Positions 11,734 to 21,631 of a DNA stretch of 46,095 bases are shown piece after piece. Position 1 is the stretch's first letter. Every line of letters starts with the position of its first letter. The position numbers and the translations under genes were made by a program. The stretch is from a virus. Lineage: Duplodnaviria > Heunggongvirae > Uroviricota > Caudoviricetes. The stretch lies in IMG/VR virus record IMGVR_UViG_2565956709_000007; one strand, 5' to 3'. The notes under the pieces are model-generated. The model saw only the letters and a list, made by a program, of their open reading frames with translations, was not told the DNA's origin and did no database searches.

Positions 11734-12374
11734 TTGTCGGTGTACCTCTCTCGTTTACTCAGTTGTTCAGGAATATGGTGCAGCAGCTCGCCGTCGCCAC
11801 AGTAAATGGCGGCATGATTCGGCACCGATGAACCAAAACAGCACAGCAGCACGTCGCCAGGCTGCGCCTCTGTCAGTGGGACACGGTAAAAACCCGTTGC
11901 CTCCATATTGTCAAGATAGAGATTCTGGCCGTGACGCCACCAGTCATCCCCGCGATGCAAATCCGGCATCTCAATCCCCGCCAGATGATAAGCATCCCGG
12001 AACAGCGTGTAACAGTCCGTCACCCCGTGCTCAAAGCGCCGCCCGGTGAGATGCGGCACACAGCGGAACTTATGAATCGTCCTCCGGCAGACCAGCCACC
12101 ACGGCAAATCACTCTGCACCTGCAGCCGCCGGTCGGCCTCACTCAGCCAGGGCAGACCACCGGGGTGGCTGTGGACCAGCGCCACAATCTCACCCTGCAT
12201 TTCTGCCTGCAGCCAGTCTTCCGGCGACATACGGAAATACGCCTCCGGCTCACCGGAGATATTCACGCAGGGAAAATATCTTTCCCCCTCCGGCGTGCTT
12301 ACCACGAAGCCGCACGACTCCGCTGGCGCACATCGCCGGGCGTGCGCCAGAATCGCTGATTCTGTCTGTGTCAT
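11631..12374 (-). CDS. K: Tail assembly protein K (NlpC/P60-type plus JAB/MPN-like domains)
   Basis: 247-aa product with HSHP metal-binding motif and Cys/His peptidase region; overlaps I as in lambda. Confidence 0.85.
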   Translation of the reverse strand: MTQTESAILAHARRCAPAESCGFVVSTPEGERYFPCVNISGEPEAYFRMSPEDWLQAEMQGEIVALVHSHPGGLPWLSEADRRLQVQSDLPWWLVCRRTIHKFRCVPHLTGRRFEHGVTDCYTLFRDAYHLAGIEMPDLHRGDDWWRHGQNLYLDNMEATGFYRVPLTEAQPGDVLLCCFGSSVPNHAAIYCGDGELLHHIPEQLSKRERYTDKWQRRTHSLWRHRAWHASAFTGICNDLVAVSTFV

Positions 12375-12379
12375 GGGAT

Positions 12380-13078
12380 TTACTGCGAAAGTTTGTTAAT
12401 GGAAAGGAAGCCGCCAAAGTTGCCGACGTTATTGCGGAACTTACAACCGCTCAGGCATTTGCTGCATTTATCCTTCGTGATATCGGACGTTGGCTGGTCA
12501 TATTCATCCGCGACCGCCGGACCGTGATAACCGCACTCATCACCGCGATAGGTCCAGGTGCAGGTGTTGGCCAGCATGATACGTCCCGGAAAAACGGCAC
12601 CGTCCGTTTCCGTCGGCGTGGACAGTACAAAAGAGGCACTCACCGCGCTCAGTTCACTGCACTGCTCGATGCGCCAGCGGCTGATCACCTCCTGCTCCGG
12701 ATCGGCGTCACTGTTTCCGTTGACGAAGTTCACCGCATCCAGAAAACGGGCGTAAACCTTACGCCGGACCACCGTTCCTCCGACCAGACTCTGCAGGTCT
12801 TCCGCCATCCCGGTGACCATGCCGTGCAGGTTAGAAACCGTCAGTGTCGGACGGGCAGCACTGCCCTTGCCGTTCAGTTCAAATCCCGTCCCCTGAATGG
12901 GATACGCCTGATACTGTCGCCCCTGCCAGGTGACCGGCTCACCTTTTTCGTTCTGCTCATTACAGAAAAAATAACGTTCTCCACCGACCACTGTCAGATC
13001 GATTTCCCAGAGCACCACCTGGGCTGACTGAGTGAGGCGTGTCGTCTCATGATGTGTTTCCTGTGGAATATCCTGCAT
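12380..13078 (-). CDS. L: Minor tail protein L
   Basis: 232-aa product with conserved C-terminal Cys cluster (CTWTYRGDECGY...CSKCLSGCKF); position between K and M. Confidence 0.85.
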   Translation of the reverse strand: MQDIPQETHHETTRLTQSAQVVLWEIDLTVVGGERYFFCNEQNEKGEPVTWQGRQYQAYPIQGTGFELNGKGSAARPTLTVSNLHGMVTGMAEDLQSLVGGTVVRRKVYARFLDAVNFVNGNSDADPEQEVISRWRIEQCSELSAVSASFVLSTPTETDGAVFPGRIMLANTCTWTYRGDECGYHGPAVADEYDQPTSDITKDKCSKCLSGCKFRNNVGNFGGFLSINKLSQ

Positions 13079-13087
13079 CAGAGACTC

Positions 13088-13417
13088 CTATGCCACGACC
13101 TGTTCAAAATCTGCCGTTATGGTTACCCACAACGCCCCCACGCTTGCCGACCATTTACGACAAACCACCCTGATCGGTTTCCAGTCATAAGGTGGCGTCC
13201 ACTGAAATGCACGGACGCCACCGTGCCGTTCCAGAAAGGCTTTTAAAGATGGGTGGTCACATTTACGAACACGTATCGTCACGCTGTAAGTCGACAACTG
13301 GTTATTCAGTCCCGCCGCACGACGCTGTTCATAACCATCGCCCAGCTTCACTGTCACCACTTTCGGCTCTGATACCACATTCATATCCGGGCGCACTTTC
13401 CAGTGAAACGTCTCCAT
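13088..13417 (-). CDS. M: Minor tail protein M
   Basis: 109-aa product, position and size as lambda M. Confidence 0.85.
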   Translation of the reverse strand: METFHWKVRPDMNVVSEPKVVTVKLGDGYEQRRAAGLNNQLSTYSVTIRVRKCDHPSLKAFLERHGGVRAFQWTPPYDWKPIRVVCRKWSASVGALWVTITADFEQVVA

Positions 13418-16400
13418 TACCGATATGCTCCACTTAACCGACCACCATCACGGGCCTGCTGTTGCATAAAGTCCGCTGCCGCTTTTTTCCCGAGGTCATA
13501 AACCGCCTTCAGGGCAGCCGGACCTATCTGCCCGTTCGTGCCATCGTTATTGATCTCGATGTTGTACTGCGGAGAAAACATCGCCATACCTGACCCCCCA
13601 ATATCCGCCACAACCCCCAGCTTACCGTCAGCACCACGACGCAGTGGCAGAATGGCTTCAGGTCCCGCTTCCCCCATCACACCCGCGCCTTTTGCAAAAG
13701 CAAAAAACGTCGGACGGTTAACCACCGTGCCACTGTAACGACTCAAATCAGCAGACTGATAAATCCCCCCATTGGCATTCAGGGAAAGGCTGCTGAGATC
13801 AAATCCCAGTACACTGCCAATCCCTTTTATCGATTTCATCATGGTTGCCTGCGCCAGGATTTTCGCCATATCTGACAGCACAGAAGAGGTGAAGGATTTG
13901 AAATTGAGTTTGCCGGTAGTGACAAAAGTTGCCAGGCCATTTCCCATGTTGCTGAAGGCTGACGAGAACACCTGTTCTGCTGTTTCTGCCGTATTGTCTG
14001 CATCCACGGTAAAATCCTGAAATGCACGCAGGACTCCGTTTTTCCAGTTACCCTGAGCAATTTCAAGCTGTTGCCAGTAACGGCGATTCTCATTCAGTTG
14101 TCGGTTCAGGCTCTCCGTCAGCGCCTGCTCGGCCTTTCTGTAGTCATCCGTGTTATATGTTCCTTTCTGCTCACTATCCCGCCTCAACTGCTCCAGCTGT
14201 TGCTGGTATTTCTGGCGAAGACTCAGTTGTACCTGATATCGCTGCCGCTGCTGATCACCCATACCCACCGTGGCGATATCCAGGTCATGTTGCTGGCGCT
14301 GAGCGCGCTCTTCTTCAGCCAGTTGACTGGTCAGCTGAATTGTTTTTTTCTTCAGCTCGTTGAGTGCCGTCTGTTTCTGAAGCTCCTGCTGTTTTACATC
14401 CAGCAGCGTCAGTGCCTGAATCAGTTCATCTTTACGGGCCAGCACACTCTTTTCATCTTCCGTCAGTTTTTTCCCGTCCAGGTCGCTGATGCGCTGCTGC
14501 AGAGCCAGAAGCTGTTTATGCGCTTCTGTCATCCTTTCCGTGGCAATGCCTGCTGACTGTCTGGCAGCAGCAATCTGTCCTTCCACCTGTGCCTGTTGCT
14601 GACTGTACTGCAGCAATAACCGGGTGGCCTCATCATTACGGGTTTCGCGTGTTTTTTTCTTACCGGATGCCAGGGCTTTCTCGTAACGTTCATTTTCACG
14701 TTGTATCGCCGCATCCCTGACAGCCTGGTCGGCGTACTGCATGGCATTAATACGCGCAATTTCACGCTGATGTCGTGCTGCTTCCGTTTCATTCATCCGG
14801 TTCAGTGCAGCATTTTCAGCATTACGGCGTTTCTGTTGCTCCTGATAATTCCGCTCTGCCTGCTCTTTTGCATCCTGCAAATCCTTCTGGCGTTTTTTCT
14901 CCTGAAGATCGTTAAGACGCTGCTGATCGTATTCAACCTGAGAAGATGATGCCGTCCAGGGGAGTCTTTTCGCCCGCGACACTTTCTCCTGTAAAGCGGC
15001 AATCTGTTCATCCAGCGAGTCTTCACGACCAATATTCATGGCCGCATCCCAGAAACGACTCCACAAATCAGACAGATACTTCAGCGTACTGCCAAGCGCA
15101 TTGAGGTTATTATCAATATCCGCAGTACGCCGACCGGTTTCCTCTGCCAGTGCAGACATGGCTATCCGTGCAGCATCACTGGACCGTCCCTGATCCCCAA
15201 GGACACGTATCTGCTCAAGCTGAGTGGCAGTAAGAAAATGCAGCTCATTGTCCAGAGCCTTCGCGGCATTTACAGGATCATCCTTCAGCCGCTTAAACTG
15301 ATTTATGGTATCGCTGACCGACTGGCCAACCGATCGCTCCATCTGTGCGGCAGCTCTCGCCACCATACCGATATCGTTTCCACGAAATGCACCACTCCCC
15401 ACCACCTGAGCCAGCGCACCGGCTGCAGCATGTTGCGTGATACCATTCCCGGAAATAGCACGACTAAGCGTCCACAGCTGCCCGGCAGTGACTCCGGCAT
15501 AATGCCCCGTCAGCGACAACTGGCGGTTAAATTCTTCCCCCTCCTTCTGACCGTCATACCAGGCTTTACCCAGACCATAGACGGCCGCGGCAATACCGCC
15601 AATAACCCCGCCCAGCATCATGCCTTTCGGTGACATCAGTGTGTCTATCCATCCGGCACGGTTAGCCAGCGTTATCCCGGATCCCCTCAGCGCACCTAAA
15701 TTGCCGCGAGCCAGTTCACCTATCAGAACGCCTATCTCCTGGCGGGCCGCTGCACTTTTCAGCCCCAGCGAATGCGTGGCTTTTCCTGCCTGCTCCATTT
15801 TGCGGATATACACTTCTGCAGCACTGCTTACCCCCAGCTGGGCAGCCTTAGCACGAAGCAACTCAGAAGAAGAAAGATTCTGGCGGGTTGCCTGCTCTTT
15901 AAGCTGACGGATAAACGCCACTTTCTGTCGGGTAGCCTCTTCCTCAGCCTGTGTAAGAACACGGGTTTTCGCCGTAACCTCAGAAATCAGCGCCAGATAA
16001 TCCTGCTGACCAATCCCGCCACTGTTTCTGGCCTGTCGGATCTGCTGCTGAATACGCTGTAATTCCTGCAGCCCCGCACTGGCCTGTTTCACACTGTCAA
16101 TCTGACGATAAAACGCAGCAGCCGCTTTATCCTGAGCCTCCGCCAGAGCCATGGCCTGCGCCTGTTCCTCGCGCATTTTCTGGCTCAGCGCCTCCATGCG
16201 CTGGCGGGTTTTCTCCACCTCGCGGGCCATGCGTTCATGAGCCTGTGCGTTCTTCTCCACCGTCTGCGCATGGACGGATGCGGCTGTTGCAGCCGAAGAA
16301 GCCGCCTGCGTTGTCTGCCGGGCGGCCTGAGTCTGACGCTCCATAAAACGCTGCATACGGGCAGACGACCGTTCTGCATCGCTGGCGGCACCATTCAGAA

Positions 16401-16482
16401 GGTTTTTGATACGGGGAATTTCATTTTTAAACTCTGCCGCATCAATCCCCAAATCAATGACCAGGTTGGCTATCTGGTCCAT
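13417..16482 (-). CDS. H: Tail tape measure protein H
   Basis: About 1020-aa coiled-coil-rich protein; C-terminus ...INNDGTNGQIGPAALKAVYD... matches lambda H; likely start ATG at 16482 preceded by GGAGG (track ORF starts 10 codons earlier). Confidence 0.85.
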   Translation of the reverse strand: MDQIANLVIDLGIDAAEFKNEIPRIKNLLNGAASDAERSSARMQRFMERQTQAARQTTQAASSAATAASVHAQTVEKNAQAHERMAREVEKTRQRMEALSQKMREEQAQAMALAEAQDKAAAAFYRQIDSVKQASAGLQELQRIQQQIRQARNSGGIGQQDYLALISEVTAKTRVLTQAEEEATRQKVAFIRQLKEQATRQNLSSSELLRAKAAQLGVSSAAEVYIRKMEQAGKATHSLGLKSAAARQEIGVLIGELARGNLGALRGSGITLANRAGWIDTLMSPKGMMLGGVIGGIAAAVYGLGKAWYDGQKEGEEFNRQLSLTGHYAGVTAGQLWTLSRAISGNGITQHAAAGALAQVVGSGAFRGNDIGMVARAAAQMERSVGQSVSDTINQFKRLKDDPVNAAKALDNELHFLTATQLEQIRVLGDQGRSSDAARIAMSALAEETGRRTADIDNNLNALGSTLKYLSDLWSRFWDAAMNIGREDSLDEQIAALQEKVSRAKRLPWTASSSQVEYDQQRLNDLQEKKRQKDLQDAKEQAERNYQEQQKRRNAENAALNRMNETEAARHQREIARINAMQYADQAVRDAAIQRENERYEKALASGKKKTRETRNDEATRLLLQYSQQQAQVEGQIAAARQSAGIATERMTEAHKQLLALQQRISDLDGKKLTEDEKSVLARKDELIQALTLLDVKQQELQKQTALNELKKKTIQLTSQLAEEERAQRQQHDLDIATVGMGDQQRQRYQVQLSLRQKYQQQLEQLRRDSEQKGTYNTDDYRKAEQALTESLNRQLNENRRYWQQLEIAQGNWKNGVLRAFQDFTVDADNTAETAEQVFSSAFSNMGNGLATFVTTGKLNFKSFTSSVLSDMAKILAQATMMKSIKGIGSVLGFDLSSLSLNANGGIYQSADLSRYSGTVVNRPTFFAFAKGAGVMGEAGPEAILPLRRGADGKLGVVADIGGSGMAMFSPQYNIEINNDGTNGQIGPAALKAVYDLGKKAAADFMQQQARDGGRLSGAYR

Positions 16483-16783
16483 AACGCACACCTCCGGAAA
16501 TACCTTCCCCAAGATGCATCAGTTCTTCGTCCGTTCGCTCCGGTATCCCGTTCTCTTCCGGTAAAAGGCTGAAATCAACCACCGCAGCATCACTGCTACC
16601 GGACACCATTCTCACGATCAATGCCTTCAGCGAGGCAAACTGCGCATCCATCCACACATCACTGAAGCTCTGCATCTGGAAATAATCGCCCCATTCACCA
16701 AGCTCAGTGGCCGACATTTCCGACAGCATCCGCCGCCAGTCTGCCCGCCGGAACTCCCGGGCAAGCCGCATGACAAACTGCAT
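16454..16783 (-). CDS. T: T segment of the tail assembly chaperone G-T (expected to be expressed as a G-T fusion by -1 frameshift)
   Basis: ORF in the -1 frame relative to G, open across the G stop; overlaps the H start. Confidence 0.6.
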   Translation of the reverse strand: MQFVMRLAREFRRADWRRMLSEMSATELGEWGDYFQMQSFSDVWMDAQFASLKALIVRMVSGSSDAAVVDFSLLPEENGIPERTDEELMHLGEGISGGVRYGPDSQPGH

Positions 16784-16791
16784 TTCCCGCG

Positions 16792-17178
16792 TCAGGACTT
16801 TTCCGGCGTCAGCACCTCATGCTCCAAATCCCCGGCATTCTCAATGGCTCCCATACCGCTCAGCGACAGAACCATCTCCGCCCCCGCTCCCAGGGCATCA
16901 TACGACCATGTTGTAATAACGGATGCGCAAAGCGTCTCAACATCCTGAGACTGTTCCGCATTCCACAGTGAGCGGGAAACCAGCCAGGCATTGATATCCA
17001 TCCCCATCCGCAGAAAAGCAATCTGTCGTTCAGCCTCCGGCAGTTCTCCCTCTTCGGCATCAAACTTTGCCGTTCGCTGCTGAACAAACGCCAGATATTC
17101 AATTCTCTGCAGCCCGGACAGCTCACTGAGCACCACGGACTGCTTTTCATAATTAAACGAGCCCTGTTTCAGAAACAT
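16792..17178 (-). CDS. G: Tail assembly chaperone G
   Basis: Product MFLKQGSFNYEKQSVVLSELSGLQRIEYLAF... resembles lambda G; candidate slippery heptamer GGAAAAG just before its stop. Confidence 0.7.
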   Translation of the reverse strand: MFLKQGSFNYEKQSVVLSELSGLQRIEYLAFVQQRTAKFDAEEGELPEAERQIAFLRMGMDINAWLVSRSLWNAEQSQDVETLCASVITTWSYDALGAGAEMVLSLSGMGAIENAGDLEHEVLTPEKS

Positions 17179-17192
17179 CATGTTCTCCACCT

Positions 17193-17218
17193 GCAAAAAA
17201 GCCCCGGATAACCGGGGC
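17193..17218 (-). terminator. Hairpin terminator downstream of V
   Basis: gccccgg-ataa-ccggggc with an A6 run on the plus strand. Confidence 0.4.
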
Positions 17219-17238
17219 AAATGATGAGTATCGTCCTG

Positions 17239-17988
17239 TTAACCTGCGGCGCTGACAGCCACCGCAGCCACGGCCACAAAATCGCCGTCAGAAGTCATGC
17301 CCACAATGCTGACACTGCCCTGCTTCACGCCTTTCACCGTGGCCACAAGCCCGTTCAGGGTCACCGTGGCAGTCTGTGGATCTGTCGAATGCACACTGAT
17401 CGCTTTGTCACTGGCTCCGTCAGGTTTTACTGTAAAGGTCAGCGTGGTGGTTGCTCCCACTTTTACACTGGCAGATGCCGGTGCCACCGTCAGCCCGGTA
17501 ACGCTCACTGTTTCAGTGCCTTCCTCTGCCAGATGCGGACGCCCCACACCGCTGATTTTCACTGTGCGGGTCATCACGTCTTTTGAGGCAATGGTTTTAC
17601 CCAGTGAGCTCAGCCAGCCACGGAAAACATCAACAGTGCCGTTGGGATATTTGATACGAAACGCGCAGACTTCACCGGAGTCGAACAACTGAACCAGTTT
17701 TTTCTGCCCGCTGTCACCCGGACGCCAGGCCAGCGTCGCCGAAGTATCACCGACGGATTTCTGCCCCTGGGTTGTCGTTTTCCAGTCTGCATCTTCATCA
17801 TCGAGATAAGTGTCATCTTCTGCATCAGCGGTCATTTCGCCAGGTTGCAGATCCTTCACCATCGCAAGACGCAGCCAGTCAGTGTCCGATAAAGGGTTCG
17901 CAAACGCATCGCCCTTGCCGGTGTACATCCAGAACGTCGTTCCCGCACCTTTCGTTTTTGCCAGTGGATTTGGTGTGGTCATTGCCAC
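17239..17988 (-). CDS. V: Major tail protein V (with C-terminal Ig-like domain)
   Basis: 249-aa product with motifs KGAGTT, YLDDEDADW, FPNGTVDVFRGW as in lambda V. Confidence 0.9.
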   Translation of the reverse strand: MAMTTPNPLAKTKGAGTTFWMYTGKGDAFANPLSDTDWLRLAMVKDLQPGEMTADAEDDTYLDDEDADWKTTTQGQKSVGDTSATLAWRPGDSGQKKLVQLFDSGEVCAFRIKYPNGTVDVFRGWLSSLGKTIASKDVMTRTVKISGVGRPHLAEEGTETVSVTGLTVAPASASVKVGATTTLTFTVKPDGASDKAISVHSTDPQTATVTLNGLVATVKGVKQGSVSIVGMTSDGDFVAVAAVAVSAAG

Positions 17989-17993
17989 CTCCT

Positions 17994-18407
17994 TTAATTC
18001 GTGTACGTGATCTGGTACGTGATTTCCGCCATCGCCCAGGTGGCCATCTCATTATCACGTTGATAGTTAAAACCGAGAGGGATCAGGGTGTCGATGAGTC
18101 CGGAAAGTGCCGGTATATCATTCAGAGCCGGGAAAATGGTGCTCTCCATCCACATATCCAGCTCTGAATCCGGTGCCTGTGCCCGGATGAAGACAGCAAT
18201 ATGCAGAACAGCCTGCCAGTCATCTTCATCCGTCATTTTTCCGGTGTACTGAGCATCACTCAGCCACACCGCCACGGCAGGCAGTTCCTGCGCATCAATA
18301 AATGCCGGAAGCCCGTCAAAAAACGTGGCGCTGTCTCCACACTGTTCCCGAAGGCGTGCCAGTACGGCCTGGCGGATTTGTGTATGTCGGTTCATCGGGT
18401 CAGCCAT
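17994..18407 (-). CDS. U: Tail terminator protein U
   Basis: 137-aa product with ATFFDG and PDSELD.WMES motifs as in lambda U. Confidence 0.85.
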   Translation of the reverse strand: MADPMNRHTQIRQAVLARLREQCGDSATFFDGLPAFIDAQELPAVAVWLSDAQYTGKMTDEDDWQAVLHIAVFIRAQAPDSELDMWMESTIFPALNDIPALSGLIDTLIPLGFNYQRDNEMATWAMAEITYQITYTN

Positions 18408-18970
18408 AACCTCAGTTGTTGTTTCAGTGCATACCCCAGCTGTTTCGGCATTTCCGCAGCAATAATGCGGTCGCGGGCATCTTCAAATGCCTGTGTCAGC
18501 GGTCCGGACAGCGGGACTTTCACCACATCAATGGGGTAACGATTTTTGCCATCAATACGCCGCATCACATGCCAGCGACCATTCGCCAGTTGCTGAATAA
18601 ACGCATCCCGGAAAAGATATTTACCCACCTTCAGCACACTGCCACGGTACTGCAGTTTTCCACCACGCCGGGCCAGTCTGACCCGGGCTGTCCCCAGCTT
18701 AATAGCGGGCAGATTGCCCCGGTTAACGCGGATCCTGGCCGTCATTTTTCCTGACGGACTGGCTTTAAACACCCGGACACGCTGACGTACCAGTTTCAGG
18801 GGGATCCCTTTCACCTGGTTATCTCCCGCAACGGTATTCCCGGCAACCTGCCGGGTGGCGACCGAGACCGCTTTCTGTGCCACACGGTTTATCGCCCATG
18901 CGCTGGCCTGTGGCACCATACGGGTATCAAGGCTGTTCAGATTACGGATGGCATTCTCAAGCCCCTTCAT
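18392..18970 (-). CDS. Z: Tail completion protein Z
   Basis: 192-aa product, position between FII-like and U; N-terminus MKGLE.. Confidence 0.8.
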   Translation of the reverse strand: MKGLENAIRNLNSLDTRMVPQASAWAINRVAQKAVSVATRQVAGNTVAGDNQVKGIPLKLVRQRVRVFKASPSGKMTARIRVNRGNLPAIKLGTARVRLARRGGKLQYRGSVLKVGKYLFRDAFIQQLANGRWHVMRRIDGKNRYPIDVVKVPLSGPLTQAFEDARDRIIAAEMPKQLGYALKQQLRLWLTR

Positions 18971-18981
18971 CCCACACCTCT

Positions 18982-19257
18982 TTACTCAATAAAGATCATT
19001 GGCTTACCGTTAAAACGTTCATGCCGTGTGACCGTCCATTGTTGTCCGTCATAAACAACGCGATCCCCGCGCCGTGGGCGGTATCCCGAAGAAAACACCA
19101 CCAGAGAGACCGCAGGTCCGGACAGAGCATTCAGCTCTGCCAGTGTTTCTCCCGGGATCACAGTCATATCGGCATCATTAATCGAGGCTGTCTTTCCCAT
19201 CTTTCTGACCGTGATCGCATCCATACGCGCTGCCAGCCGGGAAAAGGGATCAGACAT
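18982..19257 (-). CDS. Head-tail connector protein (FII-like)
   Basis: 91-aa product with partial similarity to lambda FII (N-terminal MSDPFSRLAARMDA, RRGD motif); position. Confidence 0.6.
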   Translation of the reverse strand: MSDPFSRLAARMDAITVRKMGKTASINDADMTVIPGETLAELNALSGPAVSLVVFSSGYRPRRGDRVVYDGQQWTVTRHERFNGKPMIFIE

Positions 19258-19573
19258 TGAGTTTTACCGGCACTTCTTCTGCACTGGTTCCGGCATCTGC
19301 CCAGACAACCCCGACCAGCGGATCAGAGCCGCTGTTAGTCAGCTGAACTTTTCCGGACTTCAGATAAACCTTCTTACCCGTTTTCATGTCATCCGTTTTC
19401 AGCTTAGGCAGCATAAACACACCTTCGGTCATGCCGTCGCCTGTTTCACCCTGTGGAATATCGGTCAGCGCCACCGCAAAAACATCACCCACCTGCACCA
19501 GATCTCCGCTGCTGATGGCTGCACTGGCAACAATCGCCACCGTTTTTCCTTCTTCTACAAAATTCTTTGCCAT
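19250..19573 (-). CDS. DUF2190-like small head protein (putative decoration/cement protein)
   Basis: 107-aa product from ATG at 19573 with GGAG 7 nt upstream; directly downstream of the capsid gene; family assignment from memory. Confidence 0.4.
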   Translation of the reverse strand: MAKNFVEEGKTVAIVASAAISSGDLVQVGDVFAVALTDIPQGETGDGMTEGVFMLPKLKTDDMKTGKKVYLKSGKVQLTNSGSDPLVGVVWADAGTSAEEVPVKLNV

Positions 19574-19659
19574 AACTGTCTCCGCACAGCCCCGTTCAGG
19601 GGCTGATTTCAGGTACAAAAAAAGCCCTTACGGGCCATCAGAGTTGTTGTCTGCGACGT

Positions 19660-21618
19660 TTACGCCGTACATTTCACCAGACCGCGGTGATCAACTGGCG
19701 CGACACCGGCGTCAATACGCACTTTCGTTGTCACGCCATCCACACTGAAGCCCTCCATCTGATCAATATATGGCGTATCCACACCGTTGAGATAAGCCAC
19801 TTCAATCGTATCGGAGCCTTTTGACGCAGCCAGGTAGAAGGTGGTCTGGCTGTTATCATCAAGACGAGGCTCTGCAATAACGGTCGCAAAATCTTTCACC
19901 GGGTTAATAATACCGGCGTTAATGTCAGCCCCCTTGACACTTGAGGAGCGAATGACCTGGTTAGCAACAGACTCCATCGCCGTCGGTACCAGTACGAACG
20001 CAGGACGAATATTCAGATGACGCTCCCCCTCTTTCTGAACGCGCATCAACTGGCGGGCTTTATCCAGCGATGCCACGTCCATTGCAGCGCTCTCCAGTAC
20101 GTTTGCATGTTTCGCTTTATCGAACAGACTTACATTATCTGTGGAGATTTTCGGGTTAGACGTCAGAATGGCATAAACCAGATCGGCAATAGTGGATTTC
20201 GCCGCACGGCCCAGCTTCATCGGGACATCGGTCAGCATATTCAGATCATCATTGATAATGGCCTGACGGGTGATACTGAACAGCTCGCCATAGGTCGCCA
20301 GTGCAATAGTGGCCTGTTTATCTCCGGTGGTGACGTATTTATATTCCGCCCCTTCACGCACCTGACGCAGAGCACTGAAGCCCCCCATACCCACACGATG
20401 GGCAATTTTAAAATCAGACAACTGACCTTTCCGCGTCCACTGTTCATAGGTTTCAGGGGCATCTTCCCAGCCCTGCAGAATGGCTTTGTTCGCAACATCC
20501 AGCAGAATATTACCGAAGTCAGACGTACTGTGTGTGAACGCCGCACCGACCATCTGCATCGGGTTATAACCGGAAACCCCAATACCCCGTTCAGTCAGTG
20601 ACATACGGGCATATTCACGCAGGGTCATCCCGTTGTAGACATTATCACGTTCGGCTTTTTCAAATCCGGCACGCGCCATCAGCGCCTGGCGGATCCCGTC
20701 CCCCACAAAATTACCGTTACCGGCATAAATATGAGCCGGGGTATTTTTATTGGATGGCGTGGACTCGCGCCCCATCTCGTTCAACAGCTTTTCGCGGGCC
20801 TGCTCCAGCGAACATTCAGGATCGGCAAGACACTGAGCCTGCAGCGTCTGATAACGCCCGCCAAACATGGCAAACAGATCATTAATACCGTTTACACGCG
20901 CTTTTTGCTCTGCCAGTACCTGCGCACGGATGCTGTTTTCATCCACCACGGGTGCTGCTGCCTGCACTGGCGTCCGGGAGGCTTCAGGTTCATTATCCTG
21001 TACGCGTGGAGCACTGTTGCGTGGCGGAGTAATCATGTTTCGAATGGATTCCGGCATCTTTTTAAATTCCTCTGTACGTTTTGACTGAATACATGCCATT
21101 GCCTTAACGGCTGGCGTTACCTGATCAGCAAATCCCTGTGCCAGACATTCGGCACCAGACATCCAGGTCTCATCCGCCAGCATGGCAGCAATTTCATCGG
21201 TGGTTTTCCCGGTTTTCTGTGCATAAGCGGGTAACAGAACCGCCTCAACTTTATCGAGCAGGTCGGCATAGGTGCGCATGTCCTCCGCATCACCGCCCGT
21301 AAAGCCAAATGGTTTATGAATCATCATGAAGGTGTTTTCCGGCATAATGACCGGGTTTCCCACCATCGCAATGATCGACGCCATTGACGCCGCCACACCG
21401 TCGACATAAACGGTAATGGACGCACCATGTGTTTTCAGCGCATTAAAAATGGCGATGCCTTCAAAGACATCGCCACCCGGTGAATTGATATGGAGATTAA
21501 TGTGGGTGATATCGCCCAGTGCATTCAGATCACTGATAAACTGCTTCGCTGTAACACCCCAGAAACCAATCTCGTCATAAATATAAATATCCGCGTCACT
21601 CTGGTGACCAGCCTGCAT
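19660..21618 (-). CDS. Prohead protease (ClpP/S14-like) fused to major capsid protein
   Basis: N-terminal IYIYDEIGFWGV...HINSPGGDVFEG..VDGVAASMASIIAM is ClpP-like; long C-terminal capsid-like domain; ATG at 21618 lies 13 nt after the portal stop (track ORF extends into the portal gene). Confidence 0.7.
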   Translation of the reverse strand: MQAGHQSDADIYIYDEIGFWGVTAKQFISDLNALGDITHINLHINSPGGDVFEGIAIFNALKTHGASITVYVDGVAASMASIIAMVGNPVIMPENTFMMIHKPFGFTGGDAEDMRTYADLLDKVEAVLLPAYAQKTGKTTDEIAAMLADETWMSGAECLAQGFADQVTPAVKAMACIQSKRTEEFKKMPESIRNMITPPRNSAPRVQDNEPEASRTPVQAAAPVVDENSIRAQVLAEQKARVNGINDLFAMFGGRYQTLQAQCLADPECSLEQAREKLLNEMGRESTPSNKNTPAHIYAGNGNFVGDGIRQALMARAGFEKAERDNVYNGMTLREYARMSLTERGIGVSGYNPMQMVGAAFTHSTSDFGNILLDVANKAILQGWEDAPETYEQWTRKGQLSDFKIAHRVGMGGFSALRQVREGAEYKYVTTGDKQATIALATYGELFSITRQAIINDDLNMLTDVPMKLGRAAKSTIADLVYAILTSNPKISTDNVSLFDKAKHANVLESAAMDVASLDKARQLMRVQKEGERHLNIRPAFVLVPTAMESVANQVIRSSSVKGADINAGIINPVKDFATVIAEPRLDDNSQTTFYLAASKGSDTIEVAYLNGVDTPYIDQMEGFSVDGVTTKVRIDAGVAPVDHRGLVKCTA

Positions 21619-21631
21619 CCTGAACCAGGAA

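Noticed and set aside
20017-21088. Plus-strand ORFs inside the protease/capsid gene
   Set aside because: Antisense to the capsid coding sequence; products have no protein-like features.
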